The notes: a model not told the origin generated them from the letters alone. Positions 21,403 to 34,025 are shown, counted from the first letter of the stretch. The stretch: 64,000 nucleotides of DNA from an uncultured delta proteobacterium (GCA_963782055.1 CAWAIF010000003.1:2880001-2944000); one strand, 5' to 3'. Numbers and translations are program-made.

Positions 21403-23082
21403 ATGCGCGGGGCAACGTTCCCTTCGGGGCAGGTGAGCATGGCGTTGCCCAAGGCGCTGCTCGCCTATCTGGACGCCCGGCGCGGCCCGGAGGTGGCGGA
21501 GCGCTGGCTGCGCGACGCCGGGCTCAAGCGCGCGGACATGGAGAACGAGACGCACACCCTGCCTGTGGCGGCGCTCCGGGCCACGCTGGACGCCTTCGTC
21601 GGCGTCGCCTCGCGCGAGGCCATCGTGGACGTGTGGCCGTTCCTGCTCGAGCCCGCGACGCTCGGCGCGTACGTACGCGTCTTCCGCGGCGTGCACGCGC
21701 CGGAGCAGGCCTTCTCCCGGCTGGGCGCCTCGGAGAGCGAGTACGGGCGCACCGCGCGCTGGGAGGTGCTGGAGGCGCGGCGCGGCTACTGGCGCGGCCG
21801 CGTGCTGATCACCCACGATCCGACCCTCGAGGAGAACGGCCTGCTCGCGCTGATCCGCGCCGCCGAGCTCAAGGCGCTCCCGGCGCTCTTCGGCTTCGGG
21901 CCGGGGGAGGTCGTCGCCCGCGGCACGGTGGTGCAGGAGCAGAGCTCGCTCGCGCAGGAGTACGAGGTGCGCTGGCGGGTGCCGCGCCCGCCGGTGTGGG
22001 CGGCGCTGGGGGCGCTGATGGGTACGCTCTGTGGCTCGCTGGCCTTCGCCTTTCACACCGGCCCGGTCAGCCGCACGGAGGCGGTGGTCTTCGGCGCGGT
22101 GCTCGGCGGGATGACCGCGGCGTTCGCCTCCCGCGCGGCGCTCCGGCACGCCGGCGCGCGCGGACAGGCCAAGCGCGTCGCCGCGCTGGAGCGCACGCTG
22201 GAGCTGCGGGAGGCGCGCGAGATCGCCAAGCCGGGGGAGGCGCTCGTCGCGGGTCAGTACCGCATCAAGCAGCGCATGGGGGCCGGCGCGAGCGGCGTGA
22301 TCTACGAGGCGGAGCGCGTCTCGGACGGCCTGCCCGTCGCGCTCAAGCTGCTGCGTGTCGCCGCCGCGCACGAGGCCATCGCGTCGGACCGCCTGCGGCG
22401 GGAGGCGGAGGCGCTTCGCCTCGCGTGGCACCCCAACGTGGTGGAGATCGTCGACGACGGTTACTTGCCCGACGGCACGTCGTACCTGGCGCTCGAGCTG
22501 CTGGCCGGCGAGTCGCTCGCCGCGCGCGTGCGCTCCGGCGGGCGCATGCGGTGGGAGGAGCTGCAGCCGATCGCGCTGCAGATCTGCGAGGCGCTGGTCG
22601 CGGTGCACGCGGCCGGGGTGGTCCACCGCGACATCAAGCCGGCGAACCTCTTCCTGGTGAAGGGCGCGGACGGCCGGGAGCGCGTCAAGCTGGTCGACTT
22701 CGGCATCGCACACGTGGAGTGGGAGGAGACGCGCATCACCAACATCGGCTCGCCGCTCGGTACGCCGGGGTACATGTCGCCGGAGCAGGAGTCGGGAGGG
22801 CAGATCGACGCGCGAAGCGACCTGTTCGCGCTGGGCGCGGTGCTCTACGAGTGCCTGGTGGGCGAGCCGCCTCCGCCGACGCCGAGCGGGATGTGGCTCG
22901 CGCAGGGAGACGGCGCGGGGCGGGCGCGGGCGGACCCGGCGTGGGAGCTCATCCCCCAGGCGTGGCGGCCGATCATCCAGCGGGCGCTGGCGCCGGCGCG
23001 GGAGGACCGCTTCGAGGACGCCCGCGCCTTCGCCCGGGCGGTGCGCGGCCTGACGCCCGAGGCAGGCGCCGCGACGTCGTGA
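21403..23082 (+). CDS. Membrane Ser/Thr protein kinase with N-terminal sensor-like domain and two TM helices
   Basis: GAGASG, VALK, HRDIKPAN, DFG, GTPGYMSPEQ, DLFALG; two hydrophobic segments before the kinase. Start may be ATG 21439. Confidence 0.92.
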   Translation: MRGATFPSGQVSMALPKALLAYLDARRGPEVAERWLRDAGLKRADMENETHTLPVAALRATLDAFVGVASREAIVDVWPFLLEPATLGAYVRVFRGVHAPEQAFSRLGASESEYGRTARWEVLEARRGYWRGRVLITHDPTLEENGLLALIRAAELKALPALFGFGPGEVVARGTVVQEQSSLAQEYEVRWRVPRPPVWAALGALMGTLCGSLAFAFHTGPVSRTEAVVFGAVLGGMTAAFASRAALRHAGARGQAKRVAALERTLELREAREIAKPGEALVAGQYRIKQRMGAGASGVIYEAERVSDGLPVALKLLRVAAAHEAIASDRLRREAEALRLAWHPNVVEIVDDGYLPDGTSYLALELLAGESLAARVRSGGRMRWEELQPIALQICEALVAVHAAGVVHRDIKPANLFLVKGADGRERVKLVDFGIAHVEWEETRITNIGSPLGTPGYMSPEQESGGQIDARSDLFALGAVLYECLVGEPPPPTPSGMWLAQGDGAGRARADPAWELIPQAWRPIIQRALAPAREDRFEDARAFARAVRGLTPEAGAATS

Positions 23083-23122
23083 CCCGATTGCGCGGCGGCG
23101 ACGACAGTCTATAGATCGACCG

Positions 23123-24205
23123 ATGCGCGCCTCGCCGTACGCCCTGCCCGCGGCTGCCCTGGTGGTCCTCGTCGCCGCGTGCGGTGGGAGCAAGGCGTCG
23201 TCGCCCCCGCCGAGCGCGGCGCCGCCGCCGTATCCGGGGTACGGGTCGGCGCCGCCGCAGGGGTACCCGAACGGGTATCCACCGCCGCAGGGGTATCCGC
23301 CGCCCTACGCGTCGGCGCCGCCGCAGGGGTACCCGCCGCCGCAGGGCTATCCGCCGCCGCAGGGGTACCCGCCGCCGGCGGCCACCGCCGCTCCGCCGGC
23401 GTCGCGCCCGCTGCTGCCGCCGCTGGTGGGGACCGCCGCCTGGCAGGGGGAGGTGCGCGCGGTCCTGGCGGAGCTCATCAATCACCTGCAGCCGATCAAC
23501 GCGAACAAGGTCCGCGGCATCCCGCTGCAGGTCGATCCGGATCCGACGGAGGTGAACGCCTACGCCGGGTGCGACGGGCAGGGCAAGCCGTTCCTCGCCG
23601 CGACCGAGGGTCTGCTGGAGGCGGTGGACGCCATCTCGCAGACACGCGCCACCGACGAGCTGTACGGCACCCACACCTACGACGCGTACACGCAGGCGGT
23701 GATCCCCGGCATGCTGCAGCCGAAGGGTGGGAGCGCGGCGCTGCCCGTCGGCATCATCCCGGTGCAGTACGCGTTCTCGCCGCAGCGGCTCTCGCACGCG
23801 CACGAGCTCTTCGACGACATCGTGGCGTTCACCTTCGGTCACGAGCTGGCGCACCACTACCTCGGCCACACGGGCTGCGCGATCGGGGAGTCGCCGCTGG
23901 TCCAGGGGCTCGCCGTCATCGGTCACATCGGCTCGGCGGTGGCGCCCATCTTCAATCAGCCTGCCGAGTACGCGGCGGACAACGTCGGCCTGTTCAACGT
24001 GATGGATACGGGCCGTGCGCGGCGCCCCGGCTACGAGTACACGGAGAAGGGCGGGCTGCTGCTGCTCGACTTCTTCGCCCGGATGGAGGCGCAGGCAGGG
24101 GGCGGCGTGCTGACGGCCTTCTCCCGCAGCCACCCGCCGTCGCGGGATCGCATCACGTGGGTCCAGGGCTTCGCGGCCGCGTGGCGCGCGCAGCACCCGG
24201 GCTGA
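23123..24205 (+). CDS. M48-family zinc metallopeptidase lipoprotein with PPQGY repeats
   Basis: Lipobox VAAC; VNAYA, FGHELAHH, EYAAD, SHP; Pro/Gln/Gly/Tyr N-terminal repeats. Confidence 0.85.
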   Translation: MRASPYALPAAALVVLVAACGGSKASSPPPSAAPPPYPGYGSAPPQGYPNGYPPPQGYPPPYASAPPQGYPPPQGYPPPQGYPPPAATAAPPASRPLLPPLVGTAAWQGEVRAVLAELINHLQPINANKVRGIPLQVDPDPTEVNAYAGCDGQGKPFLAATEGLLEAVDAISQTRATDELYGTHTYDAYTQAVIPGMLQPKGGSAALPVGIIPVQYAFSPQRLSHAHELFDDIVAFTFGHELAHHYLGHTGCAIGESPLVQGLAVIGHIGSAVAPIFNQPAEYAADNVGLFNVMDTGRARRPGYEYTEKGGLLLLDFFARMEAQAGGGVLTAFSRSHPPSRDRITWVQGFAAAWRAQHPG

Positions 24206-24250
24206 TCGCCGGGCGCGGAACTCGCGACGCCCCCGGGTGTCCGAAGGGCC

Positions 24251-25321
24251 GTGAGAGCGGCGTGGACGAGCCTGGCGCTGGTGGCGACCCTCGGGGCGTG
24301 CGGCGGCGGTGCCCGCGCGGTGCCGGAGGTGGTGGTCGTGCCTCCGGCGCCGGTCGCGGCGGCGTCGCCGGCCGTCGCGGTGCGCACGCCCTCGTGCCGC
24401 GTGGCCGGCACCGGCGATCTCGCCGACGCGGGGTCGAGCTTCGCGGTCTACCCGTCGCGGTGGGCCTCGGGGGCCGCGTTCGTCGTGCGCGAGCCGTGGA
24501 GGGTGCACGTGACGTGGTGGGACCTGCCGCGCGCTGGCGGCGGCGAAGGGCCGCGCGCGCGCGTCGAGCTGGGGGGACAGCACCTGGTGCGCTACGACGG
24601 CTACGCCTCGCTCGAGGGCCGCACCTTCCAGGTGCGAAGGCGGGCGTTCGTCGTGCCGGACCACGTGTGGATCACGGGCGGCTCGTCCGTCGCGCTCGTC
24701 GGCGCGCGCGGTGACGAGGTGGTGGTGCGCGCCACGACCGCCTTCGCGAGCCCGGGTGAGGTGACGGCGGTCACCCGCTGCGACAACGTCGCGTACGAGC
24801 CGGAGGAGCTGCCGGCGCCGGTGGGGGAGGGGACGGCGCCCTCCGGCACGTTCGTGCAGAACCACGACGACACGCTGCTGCTCGCCGCGTCGCCAGGGGG
24901 CGCGCGGGCGATGACGCTGATCCTTCAGCCCGACACCGTCCTCTCGCTCGACGTGCTGGGTACGCAGCCAGGGTGGGTGCGCGTCGGCGGCGCATACCGC
25001 GGGGTGGGCTTCGACGGGTGGGTGGGCGAGCGGGAGGTGACGCAGCTGAGGTTCAGGGTCGGCCTGGGGAGGACGTTCTCGTCCGTGTGCGGGGGCGCCG
25101 TCGTGACGGACGGGACGGAGGCGACGGTCACGCACGACGCGCCGCTCTACCTGGGCAAGGACGGCTCGTCGCCGCTCGCCGGCGCGACGGTCGAGCAGGG
25201 GGCGCGCGTGATGCTCGTCGGCGGGCGGGAGCACGGCCGGGTGCAGTTCACGTTCGAGGACGGGGAGATCGCCGCGCCGGCGGGCGATGCCTTCTGGGTC
25301 GCGGCGGATGCGCTCGAGTGA
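24251..25321 (+). CDS. Hypothetical lipoprotein (possible SH3-like beta domains)
   Basis: Lipobox LGAC; VLGTQPGWVRV...FDGWV resembles bacterial SH3. Confidence 0.65.
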   Translation: MRAAWTSLALVATLGACGGGARAVPEVVVVPPAPVAAASPAVAVRTPSCRVAGTGDLADAGSSFAVYPSRWASGAAFVVREPWRVHVTWWDLPRAGGGEGPRARVELGGQHLVRYDGYASLEGRTFQVRRRAFVVPDHVWITGGSSVALVGARGDEVVVRATTAFASPGEVTAVTRCDNVAYEPEELPAPVGEGTAPSGTFVQNHDDTLLLAASPGGARAMTLILQPDTVLSLDVLGTQPGWVRVGGAYRGVGFDGWVGEREVTQLRFRVGLGRTFSSVCGGAVVTDGTEATVTHDAPLYLGKDGSSPLAGATVEQGARVMLVGGREHGRVQFTFEDGEIAAPAGDAFWVAADALE

Positions 25322-25330
25322 GGGCGGGCC

Positions 25331-26821
25331 TCAATCGAAATAGCCCCAGACGCGCGTCTCCTCGCCGTCCATGCGGACCAGCGCCAGCGCGCCCGCCGGG
25401 TCCCACGCGAGGACCCAGTCGCACGGCGCGGCCTCGGGCCTGCCGCGCCACCACGCCACGTGCTCCAGGCGCACCACGCCCCCCAGCACACGCAGCCCGG
25501 CGCGCGGGCGTGACCGGGCGCGCGCCGGGAGGAGGCGCAGAGGCTCGGGGGCATCGAAGACCAGGCGCGCCTCGCCGAAGGGCGTGCGCGCGGGGGGCGT
25601 GCTCCCGGGAGGCAGGAGCGACGAGCGCTCGTCCATGACGTGGGAGTCCACGATGGCGAGGGTGCCGACGGCGTCGTCGCCGAGGAGCGCGGCGAGCTCG
25701 GCCACCAGCCTGGGCAGCGCGGTCCGGGCGCGGCTCTCGGCGAGGAAGAGGTCGCGCGTCTGCTCCTTGCGCGCCACGAGCTCCGGCGCGCGCAGGACCA
25801 CCGCGAGCACCGGCGCCGTGAGCGGGACCTTCTCCATGCGCGCGCGCAGCACCGCGAGCAGGTCGTCGGCGCCGTGCACCGGCGCCGCGAGGCCAAGGCC
25901 CACCACCTGCGTGCGCGAGGCGCCCTCCGCCACCATGGCGCGGTCCAGCTCGAGCACCACCTCGAGCCTCGCGGCGAGCGCGGCGCGCCCGAGCAGCCGC
26001 GCGGCGACGCGATCGCAGAGGGTCTTGAGGACGAAGAGGAGCGGCGCGAGCGACTCCAGCGCCCACTCCAGCTCCACGCGCTCCTCCAGCACCTCCGGCA
26101 GCGGGTGAGGCGCGAGCGGGGTGCGATCGTCGCCGTCGAGCAGGGCGAAGACGCGCGGCGCGCGCTCGCCGAGGCGCGTGCCGAGCGAGGCGCGGGGCAG
26201 CCGCTGCATCTGCCAAAGGGTGCGGATGCCCAGCTTGCGGAGCCAGTCGTGCGTCGGCTCGTCCAGCCGGAGGGCGGCCACCGGCAGCGCGCGCGCGGCC
26301 CGCGGGGCGTCATCCACCACGACGCGCGTCGCGACGCCGAACGTGGCCACCGCCCAGGCGATCTCCGGACCCGGCGCGATCGCGGTGCGGCACGCGTGAC
26401 CCATGAGCGCGACGCGCGCCTCCATCACCGCGAGGAGCGCGGCCTCGCCGCCGTGCAGGTGGGCGCAGCCGGTCACGTCGACGAGCACCGTGTCGCGATC
26501 CATCCAGATCGAGGTGGTCGCGCCGAAGGCGTAGAGCGCCTCGGCGAGAGCGGCGAGGGCATCGCGGCTCGCCGCCTCGCGCAGCACGCGGACCCGGAGC
26601 TCGGCGCAGCGCGCGCGCGCCTGCGCGAGCGTCATGCCGTCGCGGACGCCGCACGCGGTCGCCTCGGCGGAGGCCTCGCGCAGGCGTGTGTTGCCCGAGA
26701 CGGCGTGCTCGGCCGCCTCGGTCACGACGACCGCGACGGGCGCGCGTGCGAGCTCCGGGTGTCCCGCGCGGGCGAGCTCCACGCGCAAAAACGGCAAGAC
26801 GACGGCGGCGACGCGGCGCAA
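25331..26821 (-). CDS. imuB: ImuB, Y-family polymerase-like mutasome protein
   Basis: GVRDGMTLAQARA, DVTGCAHLHGGE, LPVAALRL, LRKLGIRTL, LPRASLGTRLG; TTG start with GGAGGT RBS; downstream of imuA. Confidence 0.92.
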   Translation of the reverse strand: MRRVAAVVLPFLRVELARAGHPELARAPVAVVVTEAAEHAVSGNTRLREASAEATACGVRDGMTLAQARARCAELRVRVLREAASRDALAALAEALYAFGATTSIWMDRDTVLVDVTGCAHLHGGEAALLAVMEARVALMGHACRTAIAPGPEIAWAVATFGVATRVVVDDAPRAARALPVAALRLDEPTHDWLRKLGIRTLWQMQRLPRASLGTRLGERAPRVFALLDGDDRTPLAPHPLPEVLEERVELEWALESLAPLLFVLKTLCDRVAARLLGRAALAARLEVVLELDRAMVAEGASRTQVVGLGLAAPVHGADDLLAVLRARMEKVPLTAPVLAVVLRAPELVARKEQTRDLFLAESRARTALPRLVAELAALLGDDAVGTLAIVDSHVMDERSSLLPPGSTPPARTPFGEARLVFDAPEPLRLLPARARSRPRAGLRVLGGVVRLEHVAWWRGRPEAAPCDWVLAWDPAGALALVRMDGEETRVWGYFD

Positions 26822-26839
26822 GGACCCACCTCCACCGGC

Positions 26840-27526
26840 TCACGCGCCCTTCGGGCCGTGGGCGTGAGGCGCGGGGATCTCCGTCTTGGCGTGCCCGAGG
26901 CGACCGTGGCGCTCCTTGGTGATGCGCAGGACGAGGGACGCGGTGGTGCGGGCGACCTCCAGCCGGAGAGCGACGGGCCACGGCTCGCCGGCGCGCGCGT
27001 GAGCCTCGGTGAGCAGCAGCACGGTGGTGCCGGAGGGCTCGGCCGAGAGCGCCAGCTTGCGCACCAGCGCGCCACCGCGCTCGGCCCGGCGTCGCGCCGC
27101 CTCGACGTCGACCACGACGATGTCGAACGCGCCGGACGCGGTGACCTTCACCAGCACGCGGGCGAGCTCTCCCGGGGGCGGGCGCACGACGAGCAGGCGC
27201 GAGAGATCGATCCCCGCGCGCACGAGGCCTGGCGCGTAGAGGGTGCGGGTGGCGTCGATCCAGGCGCAGTGGGCGCCGGCGCCGCGCGCGTGAGCCGCGC
27301 GGACGGCCGCCGCGGCGATGGCCGTGGCGCCGGCGAAGGAGCCAGGCGCGCCGTGCGAGACGATCTCCACGACGCCGTGAGGTAGGCCCCCGTCGGGAAG
27401 GAAGGCGTCGAGCTCCGGCCAGTCGCATGGGCGGTGCGGCGGCACATGCAGGTCGACGCCCAGCCGGACGCCGCCCTGGGAGGCGAGACGTGCACGCAGG
27501 AGCTCCAGCTTGGCGATGGCGACCAT
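26840..27526 (-). CDS. imuA: ImuA, RecA-like mutasome protein
   Basis: LDAFLPDGGLPHG, AWID...LYAPGL..AGIDLSRLLVV, FDIVVVD; degenerate Walker A. Confidence 0.88.
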   Translation of the reverse strand: MVAIAKLELLRARLASQGGVRLGVDLHVPPHRPCDWPELDAFLPDGGLPHGVVEIVSHGAPGSFAGATAIAAAAVRAAHARGAGAHCAWIDATRTLYAPGLVRAGIDLSRLLVVRPPPGELARVLVKVTASGAFDIVVVDVEAARRRAERGGALVRKLALSAEPSGTTVLLLTEAHARAGEPWPVALRLEVARTTASLVLRITKERHGRLGHAKTEIPAPHAHGPKGA

Positions 27527-27528
27527 GG

Positions 27529-27546
27529 ACTGAACAAAGTATCAGT
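27529..27546 (-). promoter_or_regulatory. LexA-type SOS box overlapping the extended -10 of imuA
   Basis: Minus strand ACTGATACTTTGTTCAGT (CTG-N10-CAG, GTTCAG half-site) ending 2 nt before the imuA ATG; contains TGnTACTTT. Confidence 0.85.
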
Positions 27547-27609
27547 GCCAGCATCCCGTCGCCAGCCCCCTCGATGGGCCCCCTCCCACGATTTGCCGGC
27601 CAACGTCGC

Positions 27610-27629
27610 ATTGCTGCCATGCTTGCAAT
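27610..27629. repeat. Dispersed 20-bp palindrome, copy 1
   Basis: ATTGCTGCCATGCTTGCAAT, followed by GG. Confidence 0.55.
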
Positions 27630-27705
27630 GGATCCTGGGGGCGGGCCGACCGGACGGTCTGATCCGCGATGCGCTCTGGCGAGCATGAGCGCCGCCTGCG
27701 GCGCG

Positions 27706-27725
27706 AGTGCGCGCACGCTTGCAAT
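27706..27725. repeat. Dispersed 20-bp palindrome, copy 2
   Basis: AGTGCGCGCACGCTTGCAAT, followed by GGG. Confidence 0.55.
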
Positions 27726-27790
27726 GGGACGTCTGGGGCACTTGTGCTGGTGGGGGACCGCATGGGGATCGCGTGGTAAGAAACCCCTCG

Positions 27791-28645
27791 ATGTCACCAG
27801 ACACCGCCCTGCAGAGCCTCCGCGACCTCATCCGCGGGATGGGCTCGGTGCTCGTTTGCTACTCCGGTGGCGTGGACAGCGCCGTCGTCCTGGCCGTCGC
27901 CCACCGCGAGCTGGGCGAACGGGCGGTCGGGATGACCGCGGTGAGCCCGAGCCTGGCGCCCTTCGAGAAGGAGGCGGCCGCCTCCATCGCCCGGCAGATC
28001 GGCGCCCGCCACGAGCTCGTCGAGTCACACGAGATCGACGACCCGAGCTACCAGCGCAACGACACCGATCGCTGCTTCCACTGCAAGAGCGAGCTCTACT
28101 CCATCAGCGCGCGCAAGCGTGAGGAGTGGCGGCTGGATCACGTGGTCAACGGCGTGAACGCCGACGACCTCGGCGACCATCGCCCCGGCCTGGAGGCGGC
28201 GAAGAACGCCGGCGTGCGCAGCCCCCTCGTGGAGGCCGGGCTGCACAAGGACGACGTTCGCGGGGTCGCGGCGCTGCTCGGCCTCTCGGTCTGGGACAAG
28301 CCCGCCTCGGCGTGCCTCTCCAGCCGCATCCCCTTCGGCACCGCGGTCACGCGCGAGCGCCTCGCGCAGATCGGCGGGCTGGAGGCGGAGCTCCACGCGC
28401 TGGGGCTGCGCCAGGTCCGCGTGCGGTGGCACGAGCTGGGGAGCGCCGCCGCCGGCACCCGCGGCGGGGCCATCGCCCGCGTGGAGGTCGGTCAGGCGGA
28501 GATGCCGCGCGCCTTCGAGGTGCGGGAGGCCGTCGTGGAGGCCGGCAAGCGCTTCGGTTTCGTCTACGTGACGCTGGACCTGCAGGGCTACCGGACGGGC
28601 AGCCACAACGAGGTCCTGCTCGGACGCAATCTGCGCGTCGTGTAG
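27791..28645 (+). CDS. larE: ATP-dependent sulfur transferase LarE (PP-loop)
   Basis: YSGGVDS PP-loop, RCFHCK, DDLGDHRPG, DKPASACLSSRIPFG, QVRVR, LDLQGYRTGS. Confidence 0.93.
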   Translation: MSPDTALQSLRDLIRGMGSVLVCYSGGVDSAVVLAVAHRELGERAVGMTAVSPSLAPFEKEAAASIARQIGARHELVESHEIDDPSYQRNDTDRCFHCKSELYSISARKREEWRLDHVVNGVNADDLGDHRPGLEAAKNAGVRSPLVEAGLHKDDVRGVAALLGLSVWDKPASACLSSRIPFGTAVTRERLAQIGGLEAELHALGLRQVRVRWHELGSAAAGTRGGAIARVEVGQAEMPRAFEVREAVVEAGKRFGFVYVTLDLQGYRTGSHNEVLLGRNLRVV

Positions 28646-28649
28646 CCAC

Positions 28650-28673
28650 CGATCGCGAGCATGCTCGCGATCG
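28650..28673. repeat. Perfect 24-bp palindrome (dispersed motif copy 3)
   Basis: CGATCGCGAGCATGCTCGCGATCG, 4 nt after larE stop. Confidence 0.85.
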
Positions 28674-28794
28674 TGCGCCGCCACGCCCGACCGACCCTGC
28701 GCGTGCGAAGACACCTCGCGGTGCGCAGCCCAATTCGCAGCGAAAGAGACTGGATTCCCCGCGCGAAATCTGACATTTGACGGGCGAAAAGAGC

Positions 28795-28810
28795 CGGCAA
28801 AAGGCTTGCA
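28795..28810 (+). promoter_or_regulatory. Candidate sigma54 (-24/-12) promoter of the desaturase
   Basis: CGGCAAAAGGCTTGCA = GG-N10-GC with TTGCA. Confidence 0.45.
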
Positions 28811-28832
28811 TCCGAGGAGCTCCCGCCGACCG

Positions 28833-29825
28833 ATGGACAACGCACGCAAAGACCGTGAGCTCATCGCCGCGACGCGGCCGTTCGCGGTGGAGGACAAGGT
28901 CAAGAGCTGGTTCGCCGTGCTGAGCACCCTGGTGCTGCTCGGCGCGACGGTGGCCTTCGCCTTCGTGACTCCCCGCACGCCGCTCGGCTGGGCCGGGCGG
29001 GGCGCGGCGAGCGTCGTCGCGGGGCTGCTCGTCGTGCGGACGTTCATCCTCTACCACGACCACCTGCACGGCTCGCTGCTGCGCGGGTCGAGCGTGGCGC
29101 GCGCCATCTTCACCTTCTACGGCATGCTGATCATGACCCCGCCGAAGGTGTGGCGGGAGACGCACAACTACCACCACGCCAACACGGCGAAGATCGTCGG
29201 CTCGCACGTCGGCTCCTACATGATGGTGACCACCAACATGTGGGCGAAGATGAAGCCGCGCGAGCGGGTCATGTACAAGGTGATCCGCCACCCCCTCACC
29301 ATCGTGGGCGGCTACTTCACCCTCTTCATGCTCGGCATGGGCGTCTCGCCCTTCATGCGCGCGCCGAAGAAGCACTGGGCGTCTCTTGCCGGCGTGCTGC
29401 TCAACTGGGTGCTCACCGCGCTCGTCGTGTGGAAGCTCGGCGTGCTCGCCTTCCTCTTCGGGATGTTCCTGCCGCTCTCCATCGCGATGGCGATGGGCGG
29501 ATACCTCTTCTACGCGCAGCACAACTTCCCCGACGCCTTCATCCAGCCGCGCGAGACGTGGAGCTACGCGCGCGCGGCGCTGGAGTCCTCGAGCTACATG
29601 GAGATGGGCCGGGTGATGCGCTACTTCACCGGCAACATCGGCTACCACCACATCCACCACCTCAACCCGACGATCCCCTTCTATCGACTCCCGGAGGCGA
29701 TGGCGGCGATCCCCGAGCTGCAGAACCCGTCGAAGACCTCGCTCAAGCCGGGCGACGTGCTCGCGTGCTTCCGGCAGAAGCTCTGGGATCCGGAGCGCGG
29801 GCAGATGGTCGGCTACCCGTCCTGA
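28833..29825 (+). CDS. Membrane fatty acid desaturase (Des-like)
   Basis: His boxes HDHLH, HNYHH, HHIHH; YAQHNF; FTGNIGY; IPFYRL. Confidence 0.92.
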   Translation: MDNARKDRELIAATRPFAVEDKVKSWFAVLSTLVLLGATVAFAFVTPRTPLGWAGRGAASVVAGLLVVRTFILYHDHLHGSLLRGSSVARAIFTFYGMLIMTPPKVWRETHNYHHANTAKIVGSHVGSYMMVTTNMWAKMKPRERVMYKVIRHPLTIVGGYFTLFMLGMGVSPFMRAPKKHWASLAGVLLNWVLTALVVWKLGVLAFLFGMFLPLSIAMAMGGYLFYAQHNFPDAFIQPRETWSYARAALESSSYMEMGRVMRYFTGNIGYHHIHHLNPTIPFYRLPEAMAAIPELQNPSKTSLKPGDVLACFRQKLWDPERGQMVGYPS

Positions 29826-29832
29826 CGCCCCG

Positions 29833-30705
29833 TCACAGCGTCGGCGGGGGCGTCGTGGAGACCTCACGGAGCTCGCCGGTCGCGTCGAAGAAGTACGCGC
29901 GGTGTTGCTCGCCCGTCGGCTGCTCCCACACCAGCCACAGCGTCGGCACCGCGTAGGTGCGCACGTCGAAGCGTGAGAGGCCGGTCGTCATCTCGTTGCG
30001 CGCGCCGAGGCACGCCGTCAGCGCGTCGCCGAAGAAGAAGCCGTGGAAGCCGTCCTCCGCGCGCGCAGCGGACGCGCCCCGGTACGCGCTGGAGACGAAG
30101 CCCGGCTGGGGGTCGAAGGCGAGCGTGTCCGGCCAGCGCGAGTCGGCGTCGAGCTGCGACTCGATGAAGCCGCGCACCAGGCCGACTTGCGGCACGAAGA
30201 CGCGACGCAGGCGCACCGGCTTGTCGGTGACGTAGCGCACCGCGCAGGCGACGACCTGCGTCGTGCCCTCGCACATGGTGCAGACCGAGAAGCCGGTGCC
30301 TCTGCACGCGGTGCACCCCCCGAGCAGCGTGGAGACGAAGTCGTCGACCGGCGCGCCCGCGCCGGTGCCGATGCACGTCGGGCAGGGGCCGAGGCCCGGG
30401 CGCAGCACACAGTTCATGCAGCGCCCGCGGCGGGCGGGCGTGTCATCGTCCAGCACCTTGAACGTCGTCTCCACGAGGCCTCGCGTGAGATCCGGCGGGG
30501 GGACGTGGCCCTTCGGGTAGGCGTCGTAGAGGCGCGGGGAGAGCTCCACCGGGTCCGACCACTCCTCGCGGCGGAGGCCGTCGACCTGCACCACGATGGG
30601 CGCGATGCCGAAGACCCGCGTGGGGCTGGGCGGCGGCAGCGCGCCGCCGCGCGCGGAGAGGAAGGCGTTGATGCGCTCGAGGGTGGGCAGGAGATGCTCG
30701 GCCAC
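29833..30705 (-). CDS. Hypothetical protein with DnaJ-type CxxCxGxG zinc-finger repeats (SSUH2-like)
   Basis: CMNC, CPTCIGTG, CTACRGTG, CTMCEGT; no J-domain HPD; GTG start 30705 is tentative. Confidence 0.7.
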   Translation of the reverse strand: MAEHLLPTLERINAFLSARGGALPPPSPTRVFGIAPIVVQVDGLRREEWSDPVELSPRLYDAYPKGHVPPPDLTRGLVETTFKVLDDDTPARRGRCMNCVLRPGLGPCPTCIGTGAGAPVDDFVSTLLGGCTACRGTGFSVCTMCEGTTQVVACAVRYVTDKPVRLRRVFVPQVGLVRGFIESQLDADSRWPDTLAFDPQPGFVSSAYRGASAARAEDGFHGFFFGDALTACLGARNEMTTGLSRFDVRTYAVPTLWLVWEQPTGEQHRAYFFDATGELREVSTTPPPTL

Positions 30706-30740
30706 AGCTGCCCATCGTCGTCGGTTGCGCGCCGCAAGAG

Positions 30741-30760
30741 TACTGGTATTGTGTTCAGTA
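30741..30760 (+). promoter_or_regulatory. LexA-type SOS box overlapping the -10 of dnaE2
   Basis: TACTGGTATTGTGTTCAGTA (TACTG-N10-CAGTA) ending 2 nt before ATG; TTGCGC at 30725-30730 as possible -35; TGnTATTGT. Confidence 0.88.
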
Positions 30761-30762
30761 TC

Positions 30763-33984
<3,222 letters not shown>

Positions 33985-34025
33985 GGGGGCGGCGGGCTCC
34001 GGGCTGCCCCTATCACCCTCTGGAC

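Noticed and set aside
27547..27790. tRNA, riboswitch or ncRNA in the imuA-larE gap (also checked 59651-59972)
   Set aside because: No cloverleaf/T-loop or recognisable riboswitch consensus; an Rfam scan would be needed to exclude it fully.
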